Shown here: positions 10,726 through 21,355 of the stretch, piece after piece | How positions within the stretch are numbered: the stretch's first letter is position 1 | Layout: each line of letters begins with the position of its first letter | Assembly: GCA_965206695.1 (NCBI GenBank) | Contig: CBDBKM010000013.1 | Location: 64,001 to 128,000 of the forward strand | DNA from: Chlamydiales bacterium | GTDB taxonomy: Bacteria; Chlamydiota; Chlamydiia; Chlamydiales; JAAZZY01 | Direction of reading: 5' to 3' | DNA length: 64,000 nucleotides | Translations under genes and position numbers: made by a program | Notes under the pieces: model-generated | Database searches by the model: none | Told to the model about the DNA's origin: nothing | The model's input: the letters and a program-made list of their open reading frames with translations, nothing else

Positions 10726-11531
10726 TTTAGATCCCCTATCCTAGCTATAATCTCACCGGGATCTTTTGATTTTACTAATAATTTTCCAATAAGAATCCCA
10801 TCATAGCCATAGTCATACATATACCCGGCATCTTCTAAGGTTTTAATACCGGACTCAGCAATTTTCATAACATCCAATGGAATATTTTTTATTAGATCCC
10901 TTGCTATATCCAAATTTACTTTAAAACCGGTCAAGTCTCGATTATTGACTCCAATAATTGAAGCTTTGGCATCTATTGCTATTTTCAATTCCTCATAATT
11001 ATGAACTTCAACTAATGCCTCCATACCCATCTTTTCAGCTTCATCAATAAAGCGTTTGGTTTCTAATTCTAAAACACCCACGATTAACAAAACAATATTA
11101 GCCCCTGCCAGCTTTGCTTCTGCAATCTGAAAAGGCTCAATAACAAAATCTTTTCTAAGGATAGGACAAGGGTAGGGCAGGGCTTCAAATACCTTCGCTA
11201 TATCCTTTAAATCATGTAAGGTTCCATCAAAATATTTTTTATCTGTTAATACAGACACCGCTGCAGCCCCGGCATTGCAATATTTAAGAGCTAAGGCAAT
11301 AGGATCTTTGATTTCACTTATCATACCGGCAGAAGGTGATCTGCGTTTGATTTCTGCAATAACAGAAAGACCCTCTTTATCTAAATTAGAAAAAAAAGGA
11401 CGCTCAAAATATTCTATCTTTTGTTTTAGAATAAAGTTTAAGGGGTGATTAGAATCTTTTTCTAATTCTTCTTTAAGCGGTTGAATTTCTTTTTTTTTAA
11501 ACTCAATAATTTCGGTTAATCTATTAGACAT
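10722..11531 (-). CDS. trpC: Indole-3-glycerol phosphate synthase
   Basis: IAEIKRRSPS, LRKDF, GVNNRDL, AESGI; likely start MSNRL at 11531. Confidence 0.96.
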   Translation of the reverse strand: MSNRLTEIIEFKKKEIQPLKEELEKDSNHPLNFILKQKIEYFERPFFSNLDKEGLSVIAEIKRRSPSAGMISEIKDPIALALKYCNAGAAAVSVLTDKKYFDGTLHDLKDIAKVFEALPYPCPILRKDFVIEPFQIAEAKLAGANIVLLIVGVLELETKRFIDEAEKMGMEALVEVHNYEELKIAIDAKASIIGVNNRDLTGFKVNLDIARDLIKNIPLDVMKIAESGIKTLEDAGYMYDYGYDGILIGKLLVKSKDPGEIIARIGDLK

Positions 11532-11542
11532 TTTTTTCCTCA

Positions 11543-12547
11543 TCAACCCGGATGTGAACATTCCTTCCAATTTATTAATGTTTGATATGCATTACCGTCT
11601 TCTAAAGCAGATCGAGCGATTTTAATTCCTTTTCCAATGTCTTCAACTAATCCATAAATATAAAGAGCCGCTCCCGCATTTAAAACTAACGTGTCAGCAA
11701 TGGGACCCCGCTTTCCTTGAAATACTTCAGTTAAGATAGCCGCGTTCTCGATAGGATCTCCACCTTTTAAATCTTCAATAGTACACCTTTTTAATCCAAA
11801 ATCCATAGCCTCTAACTTTTGTTCAGTAACACCGTTAGGAGTAACTTCTCGAATATCGGCCGGTCCTATAGGTGCTAATTCATCTAATCCTTTACAATAG
11901 ACAACCCAAGCTTTTTGAACACCTAATGCATGTAATGTTTGCGCCATAAGATCAAGAAGTTTTGGATCAAAAACACCTAATAACAAATACTGAACTTTAG
12001 CCGGATTCAAAAGAGGGCCTAAAATATTAAAGGTTGTTCTTACCATTAATGCTCTTCTAATTGAAGCCACGGCTTTAAAAGCCGGATGATAAAAGGGAGC
12101 ATAAAGAAAGGCTATATTCGCCTTTTTAATACATTGAATAACGACTTTCGGATCTCCTTCAAGTTTGACGCCAAGCTGTTGAACCAATTCAGCAGAACTA
12201 CACTTACTCGTAACAGAACGATTACCATGTTTAGCAACAATAACTCCACAGGAAGCCGCTAAAATAGATGAAGCTGTAGAAATATTAACCGTATGAGCAT
12301 TATCTCCTCCCGTTCCAACAATATCCATTAACTTCTTATCGATACCAATTTTAATAGCATGCTTAAGCATGCCTTTGACGAAACCTGTTAACTCCTCTGT
12401 GGTTTCACCTTTGGATCGTAAGAGGACAAGAAAAGCTGCTGTTTGTCTTTCATCAGCACCTGTTATAATGGCTTCGATAGCTGATTTTACCTCTTCTAGA
12501 GACAAATTTTGTCGATGCATTAATTTTTTAATAACAGGTTTTAACAT
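11543..12547 (-). CDS. trpD: Anthranilate phosphoribosyltransferase
   Basis: DIVGTGGD, NIST, KHGNRSVTS. Confidence 0.97.
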   Translation of the reverse strand: MLKPVIKKLMHRQNLSLEEVKSAIEAIITGADERQTAAFLVLLRSKGETTEELTGFVKGMLKHAIKIGIDKKLMDIVGTGGDNAHTVNISTASSILAASCGVIVAKHGNRSVTSKCSSAELVQQLGVKLEGDPKVVIQCIKKANIAFLYAPFYHPAFKAVASIRRALMVRTTFNILGPLLNPAKVQYLLLGVFDPKLLDLMAQTLHALGVQKAWVVYCKGLDELAPIGPADIREVTPNGVTEQKLEAMDFGLKRCTIEDLKGGDPIENAAILTEVFQGKRGPIADTLVLNAGAALYIYGLVEDIGKGIKIARSALEDGNAYQTLINWKECSHPG

Positions 12548-12556
12548 GATTTTTTC

Positions 12557-13651
12557 TTAATCTAAGGTTACGCATCGATTCATAAGGATAGCATCGGCAA
12601 TAGTTAGAGCAATCATCGCCTCTAAAATAGGCACTGCTCGAATTGCTACACAAGGATCGTGACGAGACCCTTCCGGTAACTGAAAGACAGCTTTATTACC
12701 ATGTATATCTAAAGTATCTAAGCTTTTCTTAATACTAGAAGTTGGCTTAAAAGCTACACGGACCACTAATGGCATGCCGTTGGTAATACCTCCTAAGGTG
12801 CCGCCTGCATAATTTGTTTTAGTTTGAATCTTTTCATCTTTTTTTACAAAAATATCATTATGCTCAGAGCCTCGCAACCTCGCTGCTTCAAAACCGCTAC
12901 CAAATTCCACTCCCTTTGTAGCAGGTAGAGACATCATAGCTTTAGCAATATTTGCTTCGATTTTTTCATACACCGGATCCCCTAGCCCAACAGGAACATT
13001 GTAGACGATTACTTCTAAGATAGCACCTAGAGAATCTCCTTTTTCTTTCATCTCAAGAATCAAGTTTTGCATTTGCCCCTCAGCTTCTTTATCGGGGCAA
13101 AAAATAGGACTATCCAAGATAAGTGATTGTAATGCTTCTATACCCATCTGAGGAAGAGTAGCGTCAATGCCACCTAACTCCTTGACATAGGCAACGGGTG
13201 TAATACCAAAATGTAAGAGTAATTTCTTAGCTGCTGCTCCGGCTGCCACCCTACAGGTTGTCTCGCGAGCTGAAGATCTTCCTCCCCCACGATAATCAAA
13301 AATGCCATATTTCTCTAAATACGTAAAATTGGCATGACCCGGCCTTAAAAGATCTTTGATCGACTCATATTTACTTGAATCGGCATCTTTATTGGGTATC
13401 ATGATTCCAATCGGAGTACCTGTTGTCTTACCTTCAAATACTCCCGATACAATTTGAGCGATATCTTTTTCTTTTCTAGGTGATGTATATGGATTTTTTC
13501 CGGGAGCTCTTTTATCCATTTCAATTTGGATATCTTCATCAGAAAGAATAATCCCTGCAGGGCAGCCATCAATAACAACGCCCATAGACTTGCCATGAGA
13601 CTCTCCCCATGTCGTAAACCTAAAAATATTACCGAATGAATTGCTCCCCAT
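12557..13651 (-). CDS. aroC: Chorismate synthase
   Basis: TTWGESHG, RPGHA, RSSARET, RHDPCV. Confidence 0.98.
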   Translation of the reverse strand: MGSNSFGNIFRFTTWGESHGKSMGVVIDGCPAGIILSDEDIQIEMDKRAPGKNPYTSPRKEKDIAQIVSGVFEGKTTGTPIGIMIPNKDADSSKYESIKDLLRPGHANFTYLEKYGIFDYRGGGRSSARETTCRVAAGAAAKKLLLHFGITPVAYVKELGGIDATLPQMGIEALQSLILDSPIFCPDKEAEGQMQNLILEMKEKGDSLGAILEVIVYNVPVGLGDPVYEKIEANIAKAMMSLPATKGVEFGSGFEAARLRGSEHNDIFVKKDEKIQTKTNYAGGTLGGITNGMPLVVRVAFKPTSSIKKSLDTLDIHGNKAVFQLPEGSRHDPCVAIRAVPILEAMIALTIADAILMNRCVTLD

Positions 13652-13682
13652 ATTACATCCCCTTATTTAATCAATATAAAGC

Positions 13683-13712
13683 ATTATAGCTTGTTCTCAT
13701 ATCTCTTAGCAA
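13683..13712 (-). promoter_or_regulatory. Putative sigma70/sigma66 promoter for aroC-trpDCFBA
   Basis: TTGCTA-18bp-TATAAT upstream of aroC. Confidence 0.5.
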
Positions 13713-13728
13713 TCCAAAATCATTGTTT

Positions 13729-14529
13729 TTACTTCTGACGTGATAAAAATTCCACTACCAACATATTTAATGTATCCGGTGCTTCTATCTGAAAACAATG
13801 ACCAACCTTCGGAACAAATACAAGCTCCGCTTCTTTTAAACCATTATACAGTTCTTCCACTAAATCCCTTGGAATAAGTAAATCACTCTCACCACCAATA
13901 ACTAATGTTTTAGAAGAAATTTGAGAGAGATTTCGAACTTGATCATGCTTCAAAATAGCAGCAACCTGCCCCTTATAACCATCTAATGTCTGGGGAAACG
14001 GATTTTCTATTACTCTTTTAAGAAAGTAGTTTGCTTTCCTCTTATCTTCAAACACTCCGTTAGAAAATACCCAAGGCATAAATAACTTAGCCTGAACTTC
14101 AGGGCTAACTTCTGATTGTCTTAGATCGATTATCGCTGAAAATAAAAAGGCTCCTCTTGCTTTGCTCTGACAAGTTGTTGCTGCCAAAATCAATCGATCG
14201 ACTCTTTCCGGATATCGAATTGCAATATTTTGGGCTATAAATCCTCCCATGGAGAAACCTAAGATATGGCTTGTATCAATTCGAAGATGATCCAGCAGGG
14301 CAATCGTATCATCTGCCATCATATCAATACTATATTCATGATCGGGAGCATCGCTTCTTCCTGCTCCTCTATTATCTAGTGTAATAACCTCAAATTTCCT
14401 TGATAAGGCAGGAATCTGCATTACCCAGTGAGTGGAGTCTCCTCCTAATCCGGGAATGAGTACTAATGACTCGCCTTTGCCTTTGCGGTTATAAAACATA
14501 TTTATTCCATTGACCTTTGCCATTGGCAT
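13729..14529 (-). CDS. Alpha/beta hydrolase (PcaD/enol-lactonase-like)
   Basis: DNRGAGRS, GFSMGG nucleophile elbow, C-terminal GH. Confidence 0.9.
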   Translation of the reverse strand: MPMAKVNGINMFYNRKGKGESLVLIPGLGGDSTHWVMQIPALSRKFEVITLDNRGAGRSDAPDHEYSIDMMADDTIALLDHLRIDTSHILGFSMGGFIAQNIAIRYPERVDRLILAATTCQSKARGAFLFSAIIDLRQSEVSPEVQAKLFMPWVFSNGVFEDKRKANYFLKRVIENPFPQTLDGYKGQVAAILKHDQVRNLSQISSKTLVIGGESDLLIPRDLVEELYNGLKEAELVFVPKVGHCFQIEAPDTLNMLVVEFLSRQK

Positions 14530-14768
14530 GGTAATTACTTCCCTTATTTTTAATAATTAATGTTTAAAAGCTCGTTTATATTTCAGAAATATCACTACCG
14601 GTCTATACTTAAAAATGACATCCCCCTACCCCGTGGTTTAATCCATAATTATTAATTTTTCAAGTCATGCTTGAAAGATTATATTCGATTAATAATTAAG
14701 TATTTAGTGAATCAATTTTTAAAGAAATTAAGGATGAAAAACTTAAGAAATTAATTGGATAAATTAAT

Positions 14769-14905
14769 TTAAATATAATTAGAAACTTCGATTAGATTTT
14801 GATCTAAATCTCTGAAAGAAACCGATAAAAGAGCGCCTTTTGCCCCTATTCTTTCAAAAGGACCCTCTATGATTGCGATGAGATTATCATTTAGATGTTT
14901 GTTGA
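14769..14905 (-). pseudogene. C-terminal remnant of a VOC/glyoxalase-family protein truncated by a MITE
   Basis: IIEGPFERIGAKGALLSVSFRDLDQNLIEVSNY resembles EGPVxRTGAxGxIxSVYFRDPDxNLIExSNY. Confidence 0.75.
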
Positions 14906-14922
14906 CAGCTCTCAACCCTAAA

Positions 14923-15092
14923 AAGACCTCTGCATAACTGACTTGATAATATTTTTTAAAACTCACTGATTGTCTAAACTTATTTTTCATTTATTTTGAT
15001 AAGTTTTATAATAAGCGGTTTTTTTATTATGAGTGCAAAGCATCGCATAGGTGCCAAGAATCGTTGCCGGAAATCAGTTATGCAGAGATCTT
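14923..15092. mobile_element. MITE family A (~170 bp)
   Basis: Terminal IR AAGACCTCTGCATAACTGA...TCAGTTATGCAGAGATCTT; partial copy at ~57979-58070. Confidence 0.8.
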
Positions 15093-15144
15093 AGAATACG
15101 AAACAACACTTTAATCGAGACGCTCTCACCCCAATACTAAAACA
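15093..15144. repeat. IS200/IS605 left-end remnant
   Basis: Near-identical to 61191-61243. Confidence 0.55.
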
Positions 15145-15196
15145 ATTTGCTTCAAACTCCTTACATCAATAGAAATAAGGCAAGTCATAGATTTTA

Positions 15197-15757
15197 CTAG
15201 ATGTTATACTGATGATACTGACCTACAATTTCTTTCGCTAACTCTTTGATACTTTTTCCTTCGGTATCAATAGTATGATCTTGGGCTAACTGATATAAAG
15301 GAGTTCTATGCCTTAAAACTGCATTAACCTCATCTTTTAAAAATTCTTCTTTCGTCAATGGAGGTTTTTCAGAATTAACGACGGTGGGCTCTAATAAAGG
15401 AGGTCTTTCATCACTAATATTGAGACGCTGCAATATCGTTGGGAGACTCGCCTTTAGCCAGAATATCATACCGGATTTTTTTAATGCTTTGATATTCTTT
15501 TTTCTTTCAACAACTCCTCCCCCACAATCAATAACAGCAGGCCCCTTTTCAGCATATTTTTTTACAATAGCACTTTCAATGTCACGAAATTCATCCCATG
15601 AGTGATCCAACATATAATCTAAAATCGGCATCTTAATTTGATTTTCAATCAGACGATCAATGCTATACAGCTTCATTTTCAACAATTTTGCCAGATACTT
15701 TGCCATCGTACTCTTACCTGTTTCCCTATAACCAATTAGCACAAGATTTTTAATCAT
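15197..15757 (-). CDS. aroK: Shikimate kinase
   Basis: LIGYRETGKST, FRDIE, CGGG, RPPL. Confidence 0.92.
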   Translation of the reverse strand: MIKNLVLIGYRETGKSTMAKYLAKLLKMKLYSIDRLIENQIKMPILDYMLDHSWDEFRDIESAIVKKYAEKGPAVIDCGGGVVERKKNIKALKKSGMIFWLKASLPTILQRLNISDERPPLLEPTVVNSEKPPLTKEEFLKDEVNAVLRHRTPLYQLAQDHTIDTEGKSIKELAKEIVGQYHQYNI

Positions 15758-17024
15758 ATATCAGGGCAACCCCCAGTTCTTCTAATTTCTTCCAGTAGCC
15801 GGGAAATGACTTTGTTGTAACCTCAGGATGTGAAATTCTAATGCCCGGTACTTTTACTCCTGCTATTGCAAAACTCATCGCCATACGATGGTCTGAATGA
15901 GGATCAATAACAGCTCCTTTAGGAGTTCCTCCTACAATAGTTAAAGATGAGTCAGTATGTTTTACCTCTACACCCAACTTTTTCAACTCTTTGGACGTAT
16001 CCCCAATACGATCAGACTCTTTATGCTTTAAATGTTCAATATTTTTAATATGAGTGACACCTTTAGAAAAACAGGCTAAAATAGCTAATGTTTGCACTGC
16101 ATCAGGCATATCACTCATATCAACATCAACTGCTTGTAATGGAGAGTTAGGACCTTGAAAAACGAGCCTTTGATTCTCCCAAGTATAGGAACAACCCATT
16201 TGTTTTAGTACCTCAACAAATCGAGATTCCCATTGAGGAGCTGTTAAGTTGAAGTTCGGAATGGTTATGCGACTGCCTGTAAGAGCGGTGATTCCTAAAA
16301 AATAAGAAGAAGAGAGTGGATCGGTCTCTATACTTATATCTTGCGCTTGATAACTTTGGCCCGGTTGGATAAGAAAGTGGCGATCGTTAATTTTCTCTAT
16401 ATCTACTTTGAATTTTCTCATTAGATCAATCGTCATCAGAATATATGAGGAAGATACTTTATGGCCTTTAAGATGAACTTCAATGCCTTTTTCCATATAA
16501 ACACCGGCTAATAATAAAGAGCTAATATACTGACTACTTTGAGAAGCGTCTATATCGACTTCACCACCTTGTATGGGACCCTTAACGGTTACAGGAAGGT
16601 GATAATCATCATGCTCAATATCTACCTCTAAAGATTGCAAAGCCTGTATTAAAGATTTCATAGGCCTTGTGTTCATCTTTTCATTCCCGATAATATATAC
16701 CGGATCGTAACAAAGAGAGGCAGCACCTAAAACAAATCTGGAAAAGGTTCCTGAGGCGGCGGTATAAATTTTCTTCGTTTTCACTATCGGTTTGCCGGCC
16801 ACACCTACCACATGAATCGTAGAGTTATCATTTGTGAATTTAGCCCCCAAGCCTTCCATACCTTTTTGCGCAATATTGATATCTTCATTATCCGGAACAT
16901 TCATAAGGGTAGATTTGCCCTCGGCTAAGGACGCAAGAATCATCAACCTATTCGCAATGTATTTGCTCCCCGGCAAAGTAACGGTTTTATCAAATGCGTT
17001 GTCAATCGGTTTAATTTCTATCAT
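15750..17024 (-). CDS. aroA: EPSP synthase
   Basis: LPGSKYIANR, SSQYISSLL, KESDRI, DHRMAM, KSFP. Confidence 0.97.
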   Translation of the reverse strand: MIEIKPIDNAFDKTVTLPGSKYIANRLMILASLAEGKSTLMNVPDNEDINIAQKGMEGLGAKFTNDNSTIHVVGVAGKPIVKTKKIYTAASGTFSRFVLGAASLCYDPVYIIGNEKMNTRPMKSLIQALQSLEVDIEHDDYHLPVTVKGPIQGGEVDIDASQSSQYISSLLLAGVYMEKGIEVHLKGHKVSSSYILMTIDLMRKFKVDIEKINDRHFLIQPGQSYQAQDISIETDPLSSSYFLGITALTGSRITIPNFNLTAPQWESRFVEVLKQMGCSYTWENQRLVFQGPNSPLQAVDVDMSDMPDAVQTLAILACFSKGVTHIKNIEHLKHKESDRIGDTSKELKKLGVEVKHTDSSLTIVGGTPKGAVIDPHSDHRMAMSFAIAGVKVPGIRISHPEVTTKSFPGYWKKLEELGVALIYD

Positions 17025-17043
17025 ATAGATAGTCTCCTTAATT

Positions 17044-18528
17044 TTATATACCCAAAGCTTGTCTTATTGTTTTTTTTACTGTTTTCTTATCTAAAAGCCC
17101 TTCTGACCAGATATCTTGTTGCTCAACGGCTTGATTGATAAACATCTCTATTCCACTTATTGTGTGGCATCCATTTTCATGCGCATCGCTTAACAGTTTC
17201 GTTTCTCTAGGAGAAAAAACAGAGTCCATTACAATCGTACCGGATATAAAGCATTCTTTAGGAACTAAAGATTCACCCACTTTCGGCGCCATCCCAATAT
17301 TTGTAGAATTAAACAAAATATCGTATCCCTTCTTTAATTCCCCATTGAGATATCCTAAAGGAAGGGCATTTGCGCCTAATTCAGAAGCAACCAATTTAGC
17401 TCTATCAAAATTTCGGTTAAAAATTGTGACATCTGCGCCTCTTCTCACAGCTTCATAAATAATAGCTCTAGCACTACCACCCGCTCCTAAAATATAAAAC
17501 CGCTTACCTTTAATAGATATCCTCTCTTCAATAGCATTTAATGCCCCTATTCCATCTGTGTTATAACCGATCACTTTGCCTTCTTTAATGAATAATATAT
17601 TCGCAGCTTTAATCGTTTTAACTTGATCATTTACTTCATCTAAAAAGGGAATAATATATTCTTTTAATGGCATTGTAACACTAAATCCCGCAAAAGGAAG
17701 ATAAGAGTATAAAGAAAGGCATTCTTTAAGCTCTTCTATTTTAACTCGCATTGTGACGTAGACTTGATTTAGTTCAAAAGCATCAAAAACTGCGTTATGG
17801 ATAATATGGCCACTACTCTGATTAACAGGGTCACCTAGTAAGCTAAATATTTTAGTTTCTTTATTTAAATTCTTATAATGAAAAGTCTCTAATAAACTTT
17901 TTATTGTTAGTTGCCCGGGAGCTGACGTATATTCCGGACTTAAGCCGGCATAGCTGAGACCTTCCCCGAAAACAGGCTGCAAGATCCTTGTCATCTGTCC
18001 TTCCTCTCCCATACAAAGTCCCGTGAATGGAATATCTTGCGATTGTATGAAATTAAGCATCTGAAGAGCATCCGGGGTGGAATTAGCTTTCGTAGCTATC
18101 TTATACATGGCAGCCTTTGTATTTTCCATCCCTTTTAATACGGTAGATAGATCTTGCGGTGTTTTTTCAAAATCATGGAAAGAAATAATAATATTTGTAC
18201 CGGGACTTATTCTTACAATAGCTTCTGAAATCTCTTTCGGAGAATCATATTCCAAATCAATATATTCCGGTCTCAGATGGGCTAATTTTTCGAAATACGC
18301 TTTTCTTTCATCGTCTGTTTTATTATCTTTACCGCCATGGGAGATCTTTCTTAAAGTCAAAATAACAGGATCGCTAAGAGCGTCTATTATTTTTTTTAAT
18401 TCATCTATGGAAATATCAATAAACAAATCAATTCTAAGTTCTACCAGATCGATATTAAAAGATTCCAGTTCTTTTATCTGCTTGCGTAGTGTTGTTAAAT
18501 CAGGACCAATTACAGAAGCGCAAATCAT
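17044..18528 (-). CDS. aroDE: Bifunctional type I 3-dehydroquinate dehydratase / shikimate dehydrogenase
   Basis: ELRID, SFHDF, SAPGQ followed by SVTMPLK, NTDG, GAGGSARA. Confidence 0.93.
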   Translation of the reverse strand: MICASVIGPDLTTLRKQIKELESFNIDLVELRIDLFIDISIDELKKIIDALSDPVILTLRKISHGGKDNKTDDERKAYFEKLAHLRPEYIDLEYDSPKEISEAIVRISPGTNIIISFHDFEKTPQDLSTVLKGMENTKAAMYKIATKANSTPDALQMLNFIQSQDIPFTGLCMGEEGQMTRILQPVFGEGLSYAGLSPEYTSAPGQLTIKSLLETFHYKNLNKETKIFSLLGDPVNQSSGHIIHNAVFDAFELNQVYVTMRVKIEELKECLSLYSYLPFAGFSVTMPLKEYIIPFLDEVNDQVKTIKAANILFIKEGKVIGYNTDGIGALNAIEERISIKGKRFYILGAGGSARAIIYEAVRRGADVTIFNRNFDRAKLVASELGANALPLGYLNGELKKGYDILFNSTNIGMAPKVGESLVPKECFISGTIVMDSVFSPRETKLLSDAHENGCHTISGIEMFINQAVEQQDIWSEGLLDKKTVKKTIRQALGI

Positions 18529-19622
18529 AGCCGGCTCACAAATTCTAATGATTCATAAATTAATCCTTCCGAAACCTCTGTACAATATTGACCTGAAAAG
18601 CTTTCTACTTCTCCAATACTTCTCAAAAGAGTAAAACGAGCTTTTTTGTCTTTTGCTTTTTTATCCATTTCCATAATTTTTATTAATGAATAAAAATCAT
18701 ACGAATCATCTAGAGGTTTTAAGACTTCAAAACTTTTTAATATTTTGATGATTCTATCAAGGTCCTCTTGTTTTAATAATCCTAATTTATTGGCAAGATA
18801 ACCTTCTGCTACCATCCCAATAGCTACAGCTTCACCGTGGTTGAGGGTGGCATATTCATAAATAGCTTCGATAGCATGTGCTACGGTATGCCCCAGATTG
18901 ACAATTCTTCGATATCCACCCTCTTTTTCATCTTGTAAAACCACCGCTACTTTTATCTGACAGCTCTTAACAATCGACTCAAACAACATCTCTTTATTAG
19001 AAAAGATCTTAGAGCCGTCTTTTTCCAAAAGAGTAAAAAGGTCACTATTTAAAATAAGACCATGTTTAATCATTTCAACTATTCCGGATCGCATCTCTTT
19101 TTCAGGCAATGTAGAGAGAAGATCTATATCCATAATGATTGCTTTAGGTTGATAAAAGGTGCCTATTAGGTTTTTCCCTTGGGGTACATTAACTCCTGTT
19201 TTCCCCCCAATACTGGCATCTACCATCGCTAATAGTGACGTCGGCAAAAGAACAAGCGGAATACCTCTGCAGTAAGTAGAAGCTACAAAACCGCCTAGAT
19301 CAGTGACAACACCTCCACCTAAAGCTATTAATGTTGTATCCCTTCCAACCCCTAAATCCAACATATTATCTTCTAGTTCTTGCTTGAAACTCCGAGACTT
19401 TGATTGTTCGCCGGCGGGCACTGAAAGAAGATGACAATCAAAACCGCCGCTCTCTAAATGATTAATTAAATCATTACTATAAAGAGGCTCTACATTTGAA
19501 TCTGTGATAATAACAACACTTGAAGAACCTTTACAAGAATTTGTTATGATTTGATTATTTAGAAGAAGTGAGAGACCAAAAATAATTTGAGTATTATTTA
19601 ATTTAATTTCACGCTGCTGCAT
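18525..19622 (-). CDS. aroB: 3-dehydroquinate synthase
   Basis: GGGVVTD, PTSLLAMVDASIGGKTGVN, NLGHT. Confidence 0.97.
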   Translation of the reverse strand: MQQREIKLNNTQIIFGLSLLLNNQIITNSCKGSSSVVIITDSNVEPLYSNDLINHLESGGFDCHLLSVPAGEQSKSRSFKQELEDNMLDLGVGRDTTLIALGGGVVTDLGGFVASTYCRGIPLVLLPTSLLAMVDASIGGKTGVNVPQGKNLIGTFYQPKAIIMDIDLLSTLPEKEMRSGIVEMIKHGLILNSDLFTLLEKDGSKIFSNKEMLFESIVKSCQIKVAVVLQDEKEGGYRRIVNLGHTVAHAIEAIYEYATLNHGEAVAIGMVAEGYLANKLGLLKQEDLDRIIKILKSFEVLKPLDDSYDFYSLIKIMEMDKKAKDKKARFTLLRSIGEVESFSGQYCTEVSEGLIYESLEFVSRL

Positions 19623-19693
19623 ATAAATTCCCTACAAATAGCATATTTTCTTCTCTTAAATAATTTGTTGTCAAGGCTTATCCGAAAAGACAT

Positions 19694-21175
19694 TTAAAGA
19701 AAAAAGAGGAAACTTAGTGCCCAGGCAATGATAAAATATATCATCATCGATAAGAAATCATTAAAGGCCGTTATGATAGGTCCTGAAGCAACAGCAGGGT
19801 CAACTCCTAGTCTAGCAAAGAAAAGAGGTGAAAAAATCCCTAAAAGAGTACCGCATAGACAGGCCCCAAATAAACCAATGCTCACAATCGATCCAACAAT
19901 AACGGGGCTTGCACAGACTAAAGGACAGCCAAAAATATCTAAGAAATATACGGTAGCGCCTGCCAGTATACCAAAAATCAATCCTGCAAGGGTGCCAATA
20001 ACCATTTCCTTTTTTATCGCTTCCCCTACGCTACCGGCTGTTAAGGCTCCTGTAGCCATACTACGTACTAAAATCGTACTGCACTGTATGCCTATATTTC
20101 CGGACATACCGGTAATGAGCGGTACAAAGAAAAGGACAAAAGCTAAAACAGTTCCTTCCTTGCTCTCAAAATACGCCATTCCCATTGCATTAATTAATCC
20201 GGCGATTAAGGTAACCATCAACCATGGAGCTCTTAAAAAGAGACGTTTGATAACAGGCTCATTAACCCCAACACTCTCTGTTGTTCCCACCATACGCGCT
20301 ATGGTTTCATCGGTTATATCTTCTAAGGCTTCAACAACATCTTCATAAGTAATCACTCCAACTAAGATATGATCTTCATCTAAAACAGGAAGAGCAGAAA
20401 TTTTATAACGTTCAACGATATCAATTACTTCTTCACGATTGGCATCAGGAGAGACCTTATGCGAGACAGGGCGCATAACTTGTTTAAGTGGAATATCTCG
20501 TGAATTGACAATCAAATTCCTCGCCGGCACAAAGCCTTGCAGCTGCCTTTTTTCATTTAAAACAAAAATTCGTCTTGTAATCTCGATATTGGGATGATCA
20601 CGGATACATTTTGCAGCCTCTGCAATGGTAATATCCATAGTAAAAGCAAAAAATTCACTTGTCATTAACCTAGCGGCGCTATTCTTATCTCTTTGACGTA
20701 GTTCTTTTATATAATGCGCTTTTTTAAGATCTATTGATGTTAAAAGACGTCTAAAGCGCCTTTCGGTCACATCATCTAAAACCCAAACCACTTCATCCAA
20801 AGGCATTCTTTCAATAAGTTCAATGATTTCCTGATCATCGAGTTCTCGAAAAATGCACGTTCTTGTATTTGATTCAACGGTGATAAGAAAAGTGACTTTA
20901 GCTTCTATATCAATTAAATTTTCAAATAATACAAAGCGAGCTTGATTCGGTAACTTAACGGCAGCATAGGCTAAATCAATAGGGTTATGTTCACTTGCGA
21001 TCTTTGCGATATTATGGCATTGGGTCTGATAATCAGAATGTGTCAAAGCTTCTTCTAGCTTAGTCTTTAAAGCATCATCTAACTGATTGGTCTTAGAATC
21101 CATTAAATGAGAAGAGGTTACAGGATAAACCTCTTGATCGGATCTATGTTGACTTTCAACCGATTTTTTTGACAT
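19694..21175 (-). CDS. mgtE: Magnesium transporter MgtE
   Basis: CBS pair, RAPWL, GMSGNIGIQ, DPAVASGPIITAFND. Confidence 0.95.
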   Translation of the reverse strand: MSKKSVESQHRSDQEVYPVTSSHLMDSKTNQLDDALKTKLEEALTHSDYQTQCHNIAKIASEHNPIDLAYAAVKLPNQARFVLFENLIDIEAKVTFLITVESNTRTCIFRELDDQEIIELIERMPLDEVVWVLDDVTERRFRRLLTSIDLKKAHYIKELRQRDKNSAARLMTSEFFAFTMDITIAEAAKCIRDHPNIEITRRIFVLNEKRQLQGFVPARNLIVNSRDIPLKQVMRPVSHKVSPDANREEVIDIVERYKISALPVLDEDHILVGVITYEDVVEALEDITDETIARMVGTTESVGVNEPVIKRLFLRAPWLMVTLIAGLINAMGMAYFESKEGTVLAFVLFFVPLITGMSGNIGIQCSTILVRSMATGALTAGSVGEAIKKEMVIGTLAGLIFGILAGATVYFLDIFGCPLVCASPVIVGSIVSIGLFGACLCGTLLGIFSPLFFARLGVDPAVASGPIITAFNDFLSMMIYFIIAWALSFLFFL

Positions 21176-21355
21176 TTTAAATAGACCTTACAGCTTCAAC
21201 ATAACAACTCAAAGAATAATAGTTTAGTTGGTATAGGCGAAATTATGCAAGTTCAAACATTAATTCAATAGGCGATCATAAGATATTTACTTATAACAAT
21301 CTATAAAATATTTTTTTTGAAAATTTGATCGATTTAAATGATCTTAATGATTTGA

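Noticed and set aside
13652..13728. trp attenuator or leader peptide
   Set aside because: No Trp-codon mini-ORF or terminator hairpin.
17135..20348. Long plus-strand ORFs 17135-17458, 18077-18634, 19728-20348
   Set aside because: Antisense to well-supported aroDE, aroB and mgtE; no motifs.
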